This document shows, piece after piece, positions 1 through 9,730 of a DNA stretch of 64,000 bases. Made by a program: the position numbers and the translations under genes. The first letter of the stretch is position 1. Each line of letters opens with the position of its first letter. Origin of the DNA: an uncultured Chloroflexia bacterium (GTDB lineage: Bacteria > Chloroflexota > Anaerolineae > DAOTYC01); the NCBI GenBank assembly GCA_963843645.1, contig CAWJLE010000007.1:36125-100124 (forward strand), in the 5' to 3' direction. Under the pieces are notes generated by a model, which worked only from the letters and a program-made list of their open reading frames with translations, was not told the origin of the DNA and made no database searches.

Positions 1-204
1 CAGCACGTACTTGCTGCCGTTCCACTTCGCCCAATCCTCTTCCAGGCCGGTGATCTCCGGAGAGTAGATCCCGTGCAGAACGCCGCGGTCTAGCGCAGCC
101 ATCACGGCTGCCTTGTCCTCCGCAGTCACTTCCGGCCAGGTTTTGAAGCCGACGTCGTCCGGCACGGCCTTAGGGCCGCCGTGGATTGCCAGTTTGCCTT
201 GCAT
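1..204 (-). CDS. DegT/DnrJ/EryC1/StrS-family PLP aminotransferase, N-terminal part (runs off the window)
   Basis: Hand translation from ATG 204 (RBS AGGAGG upstream): MQGKLAIHGGPKAVPDDVGFKTWPEVTAEDKAAVMAALDRGVLHGIYSPEITGLEEDWAKWNGSKYVL. The LAIxGG..WP start is typical of StsC/BtrR/RifK-like enzymes. Not in the ORF track. Confidence 0.75.
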   Translation of the reverse strand, partial: MQGKLAIHGGPKAVPDDVGFKTWPEVTAEDKAAVMAALDRGVLHGIYSPEITGLEEDWAKWNGSKYVL

Positions 205-260
205 TGTGAAGATCCTCCTCGTTGGGTTTGGACGTCAACGTAGATGTCCAAAATTCAAAC

Positions 261-1181
261 TCAATACATTTCTTCGATGCTGATGTACTTGCGCAGGAAG
301 AACAGCACCACCACGACGAACCCCGCAATGCTCAGGGCGACCGCCGATCCCTGAGGAATCTGGAAGCCGCGGAACAGGTTGACGATCATGATCGCAATCA
401 TCGTCCCGCTCGTGCCGCCCACGAGCTTCGGCGTGATGTACTCACCCAGCATGGGGATGAACACAAAGATGAACGACGTGATCAGGCCGGCCTTCGTCTG
501 GGGCAGAGTGATCTCCATGAACGCGCGCCAGGGTCGGGCGCCCAGGTCCATGGCGGCGTCCACCTGAGCGAAGTCGAATTTTTCCAGCGTGGCGTATATC
601 GTGATGACGACGAATGGCAGGTAAAGGTAGAGGAAAACGATCAAGACGGAGAAGGTATTATATAACAAAAACTCCAGCGGCTCGTGGATGATGCCGATGC
701 CCAGGAGCGCCTGGTTGATCAGCCCTTTGCGGCCGAGGATGCCCATCCACGCGTAGACTCGGAGCAGATAACTGGTCCAGAAGGGGATGATGACCAGAAC
801 CAGCAGCGGCAACTGCCACTTCTTGGACACGTGCCGGACCAGGAAATAGGCGAATGGATAGCCTGCCAGCAGGCACAATACGGTCACCGCGAGCGAGATC
901 CCGAAAGTCTTCAGGAGCACACGTGTATACATGTTGAAGCCGAGGAAGGCCCGGTAGTTTTCCAGCGTCCAGACCGGGACGACGCGGAAGCCGTCCATCT
1001 TCCAGAAACTGTACAAGACCATCACGATGAGTGGGACCAGGAAGAAGAAAGAAAACAGGATGCCGATGGGAATGAAGCCCAGAAAGAGCTTGCGGGACGG
1101 CGTCGTGCCGGCCATTTCCTGGTCGGAACGAACTACGTCTCCGAGCGAATCGGGTTGGGCCATAGCGCTCGAGTTAGCCAC
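261..1181 (-). CDS. ABC transporter permease, PotB-like
   Basis: IIPFWTSYLLRVYAW and AAMDLGA (EAA loop) motifs; GTG start about 1181 behind GGAGG. Confidence 0.9.
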   Translation of the reverse strand: MANSSAMAQPDSLGDVVRSDQEMAGTTPSRKLFLGFIPIGILFSFFFLVPLIVMVLYSFWKMDGFRVVPVWTLENYRAFLGFNMYTRVLLKTFGISLAVTVLCLLAGYPFAYFLVRHVSKKWQLPLLVLVIIPFWTSYLLRVYAWMGILGRKGLINQALLGIGIIHEPLEFLLYNTFSVLIVFLYLYLPFVVITIYATLEKFDFAQVDAAMDLGARPWRAFMEITLPQTKAGLITSFIFVFIPMLGEYITPKLVGGTSGTMIAIMIVNLFRGFQIPQGSAVALSIAGFVVVVLFFLRKYISIEEMY

Positions 1182-1196
1182 TGAACCATACCTCCA

Positions 1197-1277
1197 CACG
1201 TCAACACGTTCGAGAGGTCGCACGTTGGAACGCTGACGTGTCAACGTTCCAACGTGTCAACCTGTCAATCTGTCGAC
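1197..1277. repeat. Octamer-type short repeat/hairpin (ACGTTGGA/ACGTTCCA/TGTCAA units)
   Basis: cacgttggaacg...cgttccaacgtg inverted repeat plus ~8-nt periodic units in the SBP-permease spacer. Confidence 0.55.
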
Positions 1278-1281
1278 GACG

Positions 1282-2409
1282 TCATCCGCCGGCGAGGGCT
1301 TCGTTGAAGGCCTTGATGGTCTCATCCATGTTCTCGGACGGGCCCTTCAAAGTCATCGTCAAAGCGAATTCCGGCTTGTCCATCATGTAGCGCTTCGCGC
1401 GGTCACCGTTGCCGTTCTTGACCAGGATGTGGTAGGCATCGCGGCTGAACAGCGGGCGGCCGTTCTCCATGAAGTTCTTGGCGAGCCACTCGCCGGTTTC
1501 CATCTTGTCCAGGAAGGTCATCGCGGCGTCCTTGTTGACGGCGTCGGTGACGATCATCTCGCCGTCGATGAAGCCGACCACGCCTTCCTTGGGGATGAAG
1601 GTCTTGATTTCGGGGCCGTTGGCTGCCTTGACGCGCTCCTCGATCCCCAGGTTGACCGTCGCCATCCAGATCGACTCATCGGCGAGGAGGGACACGATCT
1701 CGTTGTTCTGCTCGACGAACTTGAGGATGTTCGGCATGAGCCTCAGGAGCTGCTTCTTGGCCTGTCGGCGATCTGGTCGACGGACATGTTGTAGGCCTTG
1801 TCGATGCCCAGGGACTTGCCCATCATGGCCATCACGTCGAACGGCTGCAGCTCCATTGCGATCTTGCCCTTGTACTTCGGGTCGAAGAAAATATCCCACG
1901 AATCGGGCTGATCCGGGACGTACTTCGGGTTGTAGGCGATGACGACCGGCGACCAGCCGAACGGGAAGGCCATGGACATGCCGTCCTCGGTCTTCCAGAA
2001 CGGAATGTTCTGGGCCACGTCGAACAGGCCCGCGGCTGCTCTCGAGCGACCACAGGTCGAACGGCTCGATGAGCTTCTCTTTGTAATACTGCGGCACCCA
2101 GAGGGCATCGCCGGAAACCATATCGATTTGCTTGCCACCCACCTGCTGTACCTTGAGGAATGCCTCAGAGTTGTCCGAGAACAGGGTGGGGTTGGCTTTG
2201 ACGTCGTATTTGGTGGAGGCTTCTTCGAGTTGTGCTGGGAAATAGTGATCGCTCCAGGTGAGCCAGTTGAAGCTGCCGCCGGCGGCCGAGGCGATGTTTG
2301 CGAGCGGCGACAGCGCGGACGACGCCGCCAGTCCAGCTCCAACGCCGGCTGCAGTGCCCAGAAACGAACGACGGGTCATTTTGCGCTTGAGTAACCGATC
2401 CGAGTCCAC
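1282..2409 (-). CDS. PotD/PotF-family substrate-binding protein with Tat signal (apparent frameshifts)
   Basis: TRRSFL twin-arginine signal, FNWLTWSDH; middle part (PFGWSPVVIAYNPKY, DSWDIFFDPKYKGKI) lies in ORF 1743..2342 in another frame. Confidence 0.85.
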   Translation of the reverse strand: MDSDRLLKRKMTRRSFLGTAAGVGAGLAASSALSPLANIASAAGGSFNWLTWSDHYFPAQLEEASTKYDVKANPTLFSDNSEAFLKVQQVGGKQIDMVSGDALWVPQYYKEKLIEPFDLWSLESSRGPVRRGPEHSVLEDRGRHVHGLPVRLVAGRHRLQPEVRPGSARFVGYFLRPEVQGQDRNGAAAVRRDGHDGQVPGHRQGLQHVRRPDRRQAKKQLLRLMPNILKFVEQNNEIVSLLADESIWMATVNLGIEERVKAANGPEIKTFIPKEGVVGFIDGEMIVTDAVNKDAAMTFLDKMETGEWLAKNFMENGRPLFSRDAYHILVKNGNGDRAKRYMMDKPEFALTMTLKGPSENMDETIKAFNEALAGG

Positions 2410-2549
2410 AGTCAACCTCCTTCATGCTTCACTTGTGTCGCTCTGTGCGACTATCGTAACTGACCGTTGGCCGACTTCCTGTTGCGGCTGGGTAAGCGAC
2501 GCGTCGTCGGATATGTCCGATATCCACCTCCCTTCGTCGTCTTGCCGAC

Positions 2550-3678
2550 TTATTGACGGAGCAGAATGCTATCTTCGGCATTCCAGGACAGATAGACCGG
2601 TTGCCCACACTTCTCCGCCCAGTCGGTCGATTCTGTGCTCTCGTTGGGCGAGAATATCTTGGTCAGGTTGCCCCCCAGCTCGACGTGGAGCTGCGTGTAC
2701 ATCCCCATGAAGGACGTCTTAGCCAGGATGCCCTGGCCTACGTTCAGGCTGTCGGGCGCGGTGGTCGAGAGCCGGATGCGCTCCGGGCGCACCATGACCG
2801 TCACCTCGGCCCCTTTCTGGGCGAACGGACGCAGCATCGCCTGCACCGGGCGATCGAAGCCGGGAATGTCGACCCGGACCTGCCCTTCGCCGACGTCCAG
2901 GACGCTCCCGGCGAAGAAGTTGCTGTCGCCGATGAAATCGGCCACGAAGCGCGTCTCCGGGCGGTAGTAGATGTCGGCCGGGGATGCCGACCTGGGCGAC
3001 CTTGCCGCCGGACATCACCGCGATGCGATCCGACATGGACATCGCTTCTTCCTGGTCGTGCGTCACGTGGATGAAGGTAATGCCGACCTTGCGCTGGATG
3101 TTGCGAAGCTCTACCTGCAGCTGTTTGCGCAGCTTGAGGTCGAGCGCCCCGAGCGGCTCGTCGAGCAGGAGCACCGCCGGGCGATTCACCAGGGCGCGGA
3201 CGAGGGCAACGCGCTGCTGCTGGCCGCCGGACAGCTGTTTGGAGCCGCGATTCCCCGCCCATTCCAGCGAGACCAGGCTGAGCATCTCCTGCACACGCCG
3301 CTCGATCTCGTCCGGCGGAACCTTCTTCATTCGCAGGCCGAAGCCGATGTTCTGCCCGACCGTCATGTGAGGGAAGAGGGCGTAGTTTTGGAACACGGTG
3401 TTGACGTTGCGTCGATAGGGCGGGTCGTCGGTGACGCTCTTGCCGTCGATGAAGACCTCGCCGCGGGTCACCGGAATGAACCCACCGACGATGTTCAGCG
3501 TCGTGGTCTTGCCGCAGCCCGAGGGTCCCAGCAGGCAGAAGAACTCGCCGCGCTTGATGCCCAGCGAAACGTCATCCAGGGCGCGCACCGTCCCGTAGAG
3601 CTTGGTCACGTTGCGCACTTCAACGGCCAGATCGGTTGAATGGACGTCGGTTTCAGTTTCACGCTCAGGAATTGCCAA
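2550..3678 (-). CDS. PotA-like ABC ATPase with TOBE domain (frameshift near 2980)
   Basis: [26 protein letters not shown]; C-terminal ADFIG/TOBE part in ORF 2550..2945. Confidence 0.9.
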
Positions 3679-3723
3679 AATCGCCTCCTCCCCCAACAAG
3701 ACGGCGGGTGATGGATATGCTCT

Positions 3724-4902
3724 TTAGGAGACCTTCACCAGGATCTTTCCGCCCTTACGCTGGGCGGTCTCTTCGATCGCCTCGATGGCCTGATCGAGCG
3801 GGAACGTCGCAGTCGCGATGGGCTCGATGTCGACGCGGCCGGAGGCCATCAACTGAATGACGTTGGCCCAATTCTCGTGGCCCGAGCTGCCGATGCCGCC
3901 GAAGATGGCGGCGCGCTTCGTTTGGTAGGTCTGCAGCTGGCAGGGCGTGGTTCCGGCGACCAGGCCGATCTGGACCATCTTGCCGGCGACCGCGAGGGCC
4001 TTCTCGATCTCGGGTACGGTGAAGCGGTTCGCACCGGCGGCCTCGACGGCCATGCCGACGCCCACGCCGTGGGTTGCGTCGGCGATGACCTGGGACGGCG
4101 ACGTGTCCTGTTTGGTGAGCTCAGCGGGATCGTAGATGTCGGTCGCGCCGGACTGACGGGCCATGTCGCGGCGCTCGGCGGACATCTCGAACGCGAAGAT
4201 GCGGGCCGCGCCGCCCGCGCGGAGCACCTGGATCGCGCAGCAGCCGATGGGGCCCGTTCCGAAGACCGCCGCGTGCTGCCCGGGCTTGATGTTGCCGGCC
4301 GCGGTCACGATCGCGTTGTAGGTGACGGCGGTCGGCTCGACGAGCGCGCCCAGGCGGTAAGCCGCATCCACGTCGCCGGTCGCCTCGGCGATGTCGTTGA
4401 GCTTCAGGGCATACTTATAATGGCAGGCCACGTAGTCGGCGAACGCGCCGTCCGTGGTGAAGCCCAGCTCCTCCAGGTTCTGGCACTGGTTGAAATAGCC
4501 GGCCCGGCACGGGGTGCACTCGCCGCACCAGTCCATGCCCTCGGCGGTGACCATGTCGCCGACCTTGATGTTCTTCACGGCGCTGCCGACTTCGACGACT
4601 TCGCCAGAGAACTCGTGCCCGATGATCAGCGGCAGCTTACTGTGGCCGGGGAACAGGATGTAGCCTTCGGCGTCGCTCTCGTAGAAGTGCACGTCGGAGC
4701 CGCACACGCCGCAGTACTTGACGCCGATCACCACATCGTGCGGCCCGGCTTTGGGCGCCGGAATGTTGGTCTTGAGGGCCAGCGTCGAATTCTTCCAGAT
4801 GGCGCTGCCGTTCAGAGCACGATGATCGCCGCCCAGCTCACGGCCGCTCAAGGTGTAGCCGGGCCTGGGAACATAATCCGCGGATAAGTACAAGCCTCTC
4901 AT
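3724..4902 (-). CDS. iolM: Zn-dependent scyllo-inosose 3-dehydrogenase-like MDR
   Basis: CGVCGSDVH, GHEFSG, CxxCxxC...C; N-terminal extension and the EGYILFPG, LEELGF, LVEPTAVTYNA, SGH segments resemble Thermotoga IolM (recalled, not aligned by tool). Confidence 0.75.
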   Translation of the reverse strand: MRGLYLSADYVPRPGYTLSGRELGGDHRALNGSAIWKNSTLALKTNIPAPKAGPHDVVIGVKYCGVCGSDVHFYESDAEGYILFPGHSKLPLIIGHEFSGEVVEVGSAVKNIKVGDMVTAEGMDWCGECTPCRAGYFNQCQNLEELGFTTDGAFADYVACHYKYALKLNDIAEATGDVDAAYRLGALVEPTAVTYNAIVTAAGNIKPGQHAAVFGTGPIGCCAIQVLRAGGAARIFAFEMSAERRDMARQSGATDIYDPAELTKQDTSPSQVIADATHGVGVGMAVEAAGANRFTVPEIEKALAVAGKMVQIGLVAGTTPCQLQTYQTKRAAIFGGIGSSGHENWANVIQLMASGRVDIEPIATATFPLDQAIEAIEETAQRKGGKILVKVS

Positions 4903-4968
4903 TGCTTTATCTTTCCTCCAACAGGTGATTGAAGTAGCGTCTCGCTCCTCTGGAACGACACGCCGAGA

Positions 4969-5763
4969 CTACGATTTGCGACCCGCTCGAGACAGCAGCG
5001 TGAAGAAGAAGAGCAGAATGAAAATTGAGCCGAGCAGCAGGAGCGTGGCCAGTGCGTTGACCTTCGGTGTGACGCCGAACTTGACCTGCGAGAAGATGTA
5101 CATGGGCAGCGTGCTCTGGTTGCCGATGGTGAACAGGGTCACCACGAACTCGTCGAGGGACAGCGTGAAGGCGAACAGCGCGCCGGCCAGCACGCCGGGC
5201 ATGATCAGCGGCAGCGTGATGCGGCGGAAGGTCTCCATGGGATTGGCGCCCAGGTCCGCGGCGGCCCACTCCAGGCTGCGGTCGAAATCGAGCAGCCGGG
5301 CCGTGACGACCAGGATCACGAACGGTGTGGTCAGCACCACGTGCCCGAAGATGACGGTCATCAGGGACAGCTCCATGCCGACCAGCGACGACAGGAAGAC
5401 CAGCAAAGCGACGCCGATGAGCAGTCCCGGAATCATGATCGGCAGGATGAAGATCACCCGGAGGGTCTCTTTGAAGCGAAACGAGCTGCGCACGAGAGGG
5501 AAAGCGGCCGAGGTGCCGATGACCGTGGCGAGGATCGAGCTGGTCGTCGCGACCATGAGGCTGTTCTTGAACGCGTCGATGACCAGGTAGTCTTTGAAGA
5601 GCTCTCCGTACCACTTCAGCGTGAAGCCGGTCCACGGCAGGTTGGCGATCCTGGAATCATTGAACGAGAACATGGCCAGCACGATGACGGGCACGTACAG
5701 GAACAGGTAGCCCAAGACGCCATAAGTCATGAACCCGGCTCGCGCGCGATCTCTCGTAGGCAA
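4969..5763 (-). CDS. ABC transporter permease, PotC-like
   Basis: FLYVPVIVLAMFSFN, AAADLGA, FTLSLDEF; the true start may be ATG 5776 across a frameshift. Confidence 0.9.
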   Translation of the reverse strand: MPTRDRARAGFMTYGVLGYLFLYVPVIVLAMFSFNDSRIANLPWTGFTLKWYGELFKDYLVIDAFKNSLMVATTSSILATVIGTSAAFPLVRSSFRFKETLRVIFILPIMIPGLLIGVALLVFLSSLVGMELSLMTVIFGHVVLTTPFVILVVTARLLDFDRSLEWAAADLGANPMETFRRITLPLIMPGVLAGALFAFTLSLDEFVVTLFTIGNQSTLPMYIFSQVKFGVTPKVNALATLLLLGSIFILLFFFTLLSRAGRKS

Positions 5764-5783
5764 TCTTCAACGTCATGCTGTGG

Positions 5784-7035
5784 TCATCTCCTTCGTCTCA
5801 ATAATACCGACGCTTCGCTGAATGCGGAATGACTCAGATAAAATTGCTCCTCAGTCGCCTGCAAGGCCAGGGCCACCGCGCCCTGCAGGACGGCTTCCGG
5901 CTTCAGACCCGACGGCGCGATCCGCGGCATGGCGGGCAGCAAACCCTTGACGCGCGCCTCGATGCGAGGCAGGAACAGGTCGTATCCGGGGGTCAGCTCC
6001 TGCCCGAGGGTGATCAGGTCGGGGTCGAGCACGCTCACGATGCTGGTGACGATCAGGCTGAGGTAATCGGACATCTCGTCGAGCAGGCGCACGGCCAGGG
6101 GATCGCTTCGGCGCGCGGCCTCGTACAGATCGTTCATGTTCAGCGTGCCGTGGCAGGCCAGAATGTCGGCCAGGAGACCGGAGTTGCCGTCGACGACGGC
6201 CTGGCGGGCCTTTTCCAAAATGGCGCCGCCGGATCCCTGGAGCTCCATGCAACCGAAGGTGTCGTAAGATTGGCCCAGGTAGCACCGATCGGGGGGGATG
6301 TAGCCGACCTCGCCCGCGGCCTGGTGCGCGCCCTGGTACAACCGCCCATGAATGACAATGCCGGACCCGATACCGAGTCCGACATTCAGCCAAACGAGGC
6401 GCTCCGCCTGGCGGCCCGCACCCCACACGCTCTCCGCCAGGGCGCCCAGGTCGCTCTCGTTCTGAACGAAGACGGGGCACCCGAATCGTTCTTCTAACAG
6501 AGCCTTCAGTGGCACGTCGCGCCAGCCCAGGCTCGGCGGCCAGCATGACCACGCCGTCGGGATTCTGGACGACGCTGGGTGCGGCGATGCCGATGGCCCG
6601 CACGGACTCCCGGACGGCGGGGTCGCTGTCCAGCAGGTCGGCGATGAGGGCCACGACCTGGGCCAGGTTCTCTTCGGGATCGCGCGTGGGGCTGACCGGG
6701 CGCTCGACGCAGCGCGTGAAGTCCCCGCCGAGGTCGGCCAGAGCGCCGACCAGACGTCGGCCGTTCAGGTCGACGCCGATCACGGCGCCGGCTTTGTGGT
6801 TGTACTGTAAGAGAGTGGCGCGCCGGCCGCCGCGCGAAGGGGCGGCGCCGACCTTCAACAGCAGGCGCTGCTCCAGCAGAGGGGCCGTGATGCGGCCGAC
6901 CGTCGCCGGATTGAGGTCCAAGCGCTTGGCGATCTCGGCGCGGGAAATCGGTCCGCGCTCCTTGACGAGGCGCAGAATCGAAGCCCGATTGATGCGGACA
7001 ATGAGTGCGGCGTTACCAACAAAGGCTGTGGACAC
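5784..7035 (-). CDS. ROK-family transcriptional repressor (frameshift near 6520)
   Basis: N-terminal HTH (GPISRAEIAKRLDLNPATV, GGRRA) plus ROK domain (NESDLGALAE, GIGSG, AGEVGY) split over two ORFs. Confidence 0.88.
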
Positions 7036-7122
7036 GATAACGTCCCCTTAGCGGGTCTACAGAGCCGGCACATCGCAACGGTCCAACGGTTTAGGTTCAG
7101 CAGGGAGGAAGCAGAGGCGAAA

Positions 7123-7177
7123 ACTTACTTTCATGCAGCAATAAAGTAAGTATAGCATGAAGTATGGCCTTTGTCAA
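7123..7177 (-). promoter_or_regulatory. Sigma-70 promoter plus ROK/XylR-type operator
   Basis: Minus strand TTGACA (7177-7172)-17 nt-TGcTATACT (7154-7149); palindrome ACTTACTTT-N11-AAAGTAAGT at 7123-7151. Confidence 0.75.
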
Positions 7178-7274
7178 TACATCCTCTATTCGATTAGGGA
7201 CAATTCGCATATCCTGGGGGGGCGCGTCCGGCGGCGAAAAGACGGGCGGCGCCGGCAGGTTCATCGCTGTGCTG

Positions 7275-7307
7275 AGACTTCCGAAGTTTCCGAAGCTTCG
7301 GAAGTCT
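7275..7307. repeat. REP-like palindrome family A (AGACTTCCGAAG...CTTCGGAAGTCT)
   Basis: The same ~33-bp hairpin recurs near 24335, 24582, 35043, 35684, 42597 and 56362. Confidence 0.85.
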
Positions 7308-7399
7308 GGGTTGCCCGTCGAATTGGAAGAGGTGCACGACATGTGGTAAAATAGGTAAACAGAAGTTGCATCTTCTGACCACCGAGCGGAGGTGGAACG

Positions 7400-9550
7400 A
7401 TGGGGAAATTGCCTGGGCGCTACACGCTGGCTCTTCTGAGTGCCGCGAGCCTGCTATTGCTCGTGCTGTCCGGCTGCGGTGCGCCGCCTCCGCCCCCCAA
7501 AGGGCCGGACGTCAAGATCGTCTACCCCGAAAGCGGAGCGCGGGGCGTGAAAGACGAGACCATCGACGTCCAGTCCGTGGCCATCGACGACCAGAACGTC
7601 GTCAAGCTCGAGCTGTGGGTCGACGGCCAGATCTACCGCGTCGACCAGTCGCCCACGTCCGACGGTCTGCCGGTCCTGTCGGCGACCCAGCCCTGGACGC
7701 CGTCCACGACGGGCACCCACGTGCTGACCGCCAGGGCGGAGACCAAAGACGGCCGCACAGCCGAGTCCGCGCCGATCATCGTGCTGATTCAGGAAGCCAC
7801 GCCGGTGCCGACGGACACGCTCACGCCGGTTCCGCCGACCGCCACGGCGACGTGGACCCCGACCGAGGCGCCCACAGCGACGCCGCCGCCGACAGACACG
7901 CCGGTCCCTCCGGTTCCCACGCCGACGCCGCCTTCGCCGCTGCAGCCGAACTATCCGGTTCAACCCGGCTACCCGGTGCAGCCCGGCTATCCCGCGCCGC
8001 CCGGCTATCCCCAGCAGCCCGGCTACCCCGCGCAGCCCGGCTATCCCATGCAACCCGGCTATCCAGCACAACCGGGCTACCCCGGCTATCCGGCCCAGCC
8101 CGGCATTCCCGGCTACCCCGGCCAGCCGGTCCTCCTGCCGACGGTGGCGATCCTGTCGCCGGCCGACGGCGTGCGGGTCCTGGTGGGGCAGGAAGTGTCG
8201 GTTCGCTCTCGCGCGGGCAGCGAGTTGGGGTTGAGCCGCGTCGAGCTGTGGATCGACGGCGCCGCCTACAGCACGTACGACGCGGGCGGCCAGCCGATGG
8301 TCGAGGTCGTCCAAACGTGGCGGGCCGACGTGCCGGGCCCGCACACCCTGGAAGTCAGGGCCTACGACGTGGCGGGCCAGGTCGGCGCGCCGGCCGGCAT
8401 CACCGTGCTCGTCGAGAGCCGGCCGTACGGGCCGGGTCCGCTGCCGCCGGTTCGGCCCACCGCACCGCATGACGTGACACGCCCCACGGCTTACATCGTG
8501 TCGCCGACGGCCGGGCAGCAGGTGGCGGTGCGACAGACGATCAACGTGGTGGCGGTGGCCAGCGACGACCTCGGCGTGGTCAGCGTGGAGTTGTGGGTCG
8601 ACGGCGCATTGTACGCGAGCGAGAGCCTCCCGCAGCCGCGGCAGAGCTGGCAGTGGACCAAGCCATGGTCGACCACCGCGACGGGCAATCACACGCTGAT
8701 CGTTCGCGCACGGGACGCCGCGGGCAACCGGGTCGATTCGGCCCCCGTCACCGTCACGGTGCGGCCGGGCGGGTCCGCTAACGGGCGCCTGTACTTCTCG
8801 TCGCAGCAGAGCGGCAACCTGGACCTGTACTCCATTCGGCCCGACGGCTCGGAGCTGACGCGGTTGACCCATTCGGATCAGCCGGAAAGCGGGCCCGCGG
8901 TCTCGCGGGACGGGCAGATGCTGGCTTACGAGCGGGACGGGCAGATTTGGATCGAGCAGACGTCGGGCAGCGGTGCGCACGCAGTGATCTCGAATGCCAA
9001 TCCCGCCGACGCGGTGAGCAGCCCCGCGTGGTCGCCGGACGGCCAGGCTCTGGCATACGTTCAGAACGATCGAATCTGGATCTACAGCCTGGCGAATGGG
9101 ACGCGCCGCCAGGTGACGATGGAAGACTACGTGAACGACGGCCCGAGCTACGCGCCGAACGGGACTGAGATCGCTTGCTTCACGTGGCGAGGAAAGCCCG
9201 ATTCGGACATCTACATTCTTTCGGCGGCCAACGGCAGCGTCGTTCGTGCGTTCAACTCGCATCCCGGTTCAGATACCACGCCGTCGTACTCGCCGGACGG
9301 CAGCCGCATCGCGTTTACCCGAACGGGCGGCGGCGACACCGGCATCTACACCATGCGAACGGACGGCAGCAACCTGGTCAAGGTCGCCAACCGCGGCTGG
9401 AGCCCGGTGTGGTCGCCTGACGGCCGGCAGCTGTCGTACCTGGTGGAGGCCAGCGGTCAGGCCGAGCTGTGGGTGATGGACGCCGCCGGCGGCGGCTCAC
9501 GCCGGGTCCTCGGCGGCGTCGCGATGGATCGCGTCGCGTGGGGGCGGTAG
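7400..9550 (+). CDS. Lipoprotein with bacterial Ig-like domains, PT and QPGYP linkers and a C-terminal TolB/PD40 propeller
   Basis: Lipobox LSGC; three repeats of A.DD..V..(V/L)ELWVDG...G.HTL..RA.D; several P.WSPDG repeats. Confidence 0.85.
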   Translation: MGKLPGRYTLALLSAASLLLLVLSGCGAPPPPPKGPDVKIVYPESGARGVKDETIDVQSVAIDDQNVVKLELWVDGQIYRVDQSPTSDGLPVLSATQPWTPSTTGTHVLTARAETKDGRTAESAPIIVLIQEATPVPTDTLTPVPPTATATWTPTEAPTATPPPTDTPVPPVPTPTPPSPLQPNYPVQPGYPVQPGYPAPPGYPQQPGYPAQPGYPMQPGYPAQPGYPGYPAQPGIPGYPGQPVLLPTVAILSPADGVRVLVGQEVSVRSRAGSELGLSRVELWIDGAAYSTYDAGGQPMVEVVQTWRADVPGPHTLEVRAYDVAGQVGAPAGITVLVESRPYGPGPLPPVRPTAPHDVTRPTAYIVSPTAGQQVAVRQTINVVAVASDDLGVVSVELWVDGALYASESLPQPRQSWQWTKPWSTTATGNHTLIVRARDAAGNRVDSAPVTVTVRPGGSANGRLYFSSQQSGNLDLYSIRPDGSELTRLTHSDQPESGPAVSRDGQMLAYERDGQIWIEQTSGSGAHAVISNANPADAVSSPAWSPDGQALAYVQNDRIWIYSLANGTRRQVTMEDYVNDGPSYAPNGTEIACFTWRGKPDSDIYILSAANGSVVRAFNSHPGSDTTPSYSPDGSRIAFTRTGGGDTGIYTMRTDGSNLVKVANRGWSPVWSPDGRQLSYLVEASGQAELWVMDAAGGGSRRVLGGVAMDRVAWGR
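7941..8128 (+). repeat. Coding 18-bp tandem repeat (xQPGYP)n
   Basis: Repeated ca(a/g)cccggcta(t/c)cc units encoding about ten QPGYP copies. Confidence 0.85.
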
Positions 9551-9730
9551 GGCTGCACAACGGACGAGTTCGGCTACATAATGAATCCGCGCTGCGGGGT
9601 GCATCGCCCCCCGCAGCGCGGTCTGCAACCCAGGCGAATTCCGCACTAAATTGGGGTTTCGCGGGCTTGTGTGCCGTGGTATAATCGAACGAAACGCACG
9701 CCGAAACCGAGGCAGGAAAGTGGGACTGCA

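Noticed and set aside
2420-2549. Small ORF behind a GGAGGT sequence between the ATPase and SBP genes
   Set aside because: No suitably spaced start codon or convincing reading frame.
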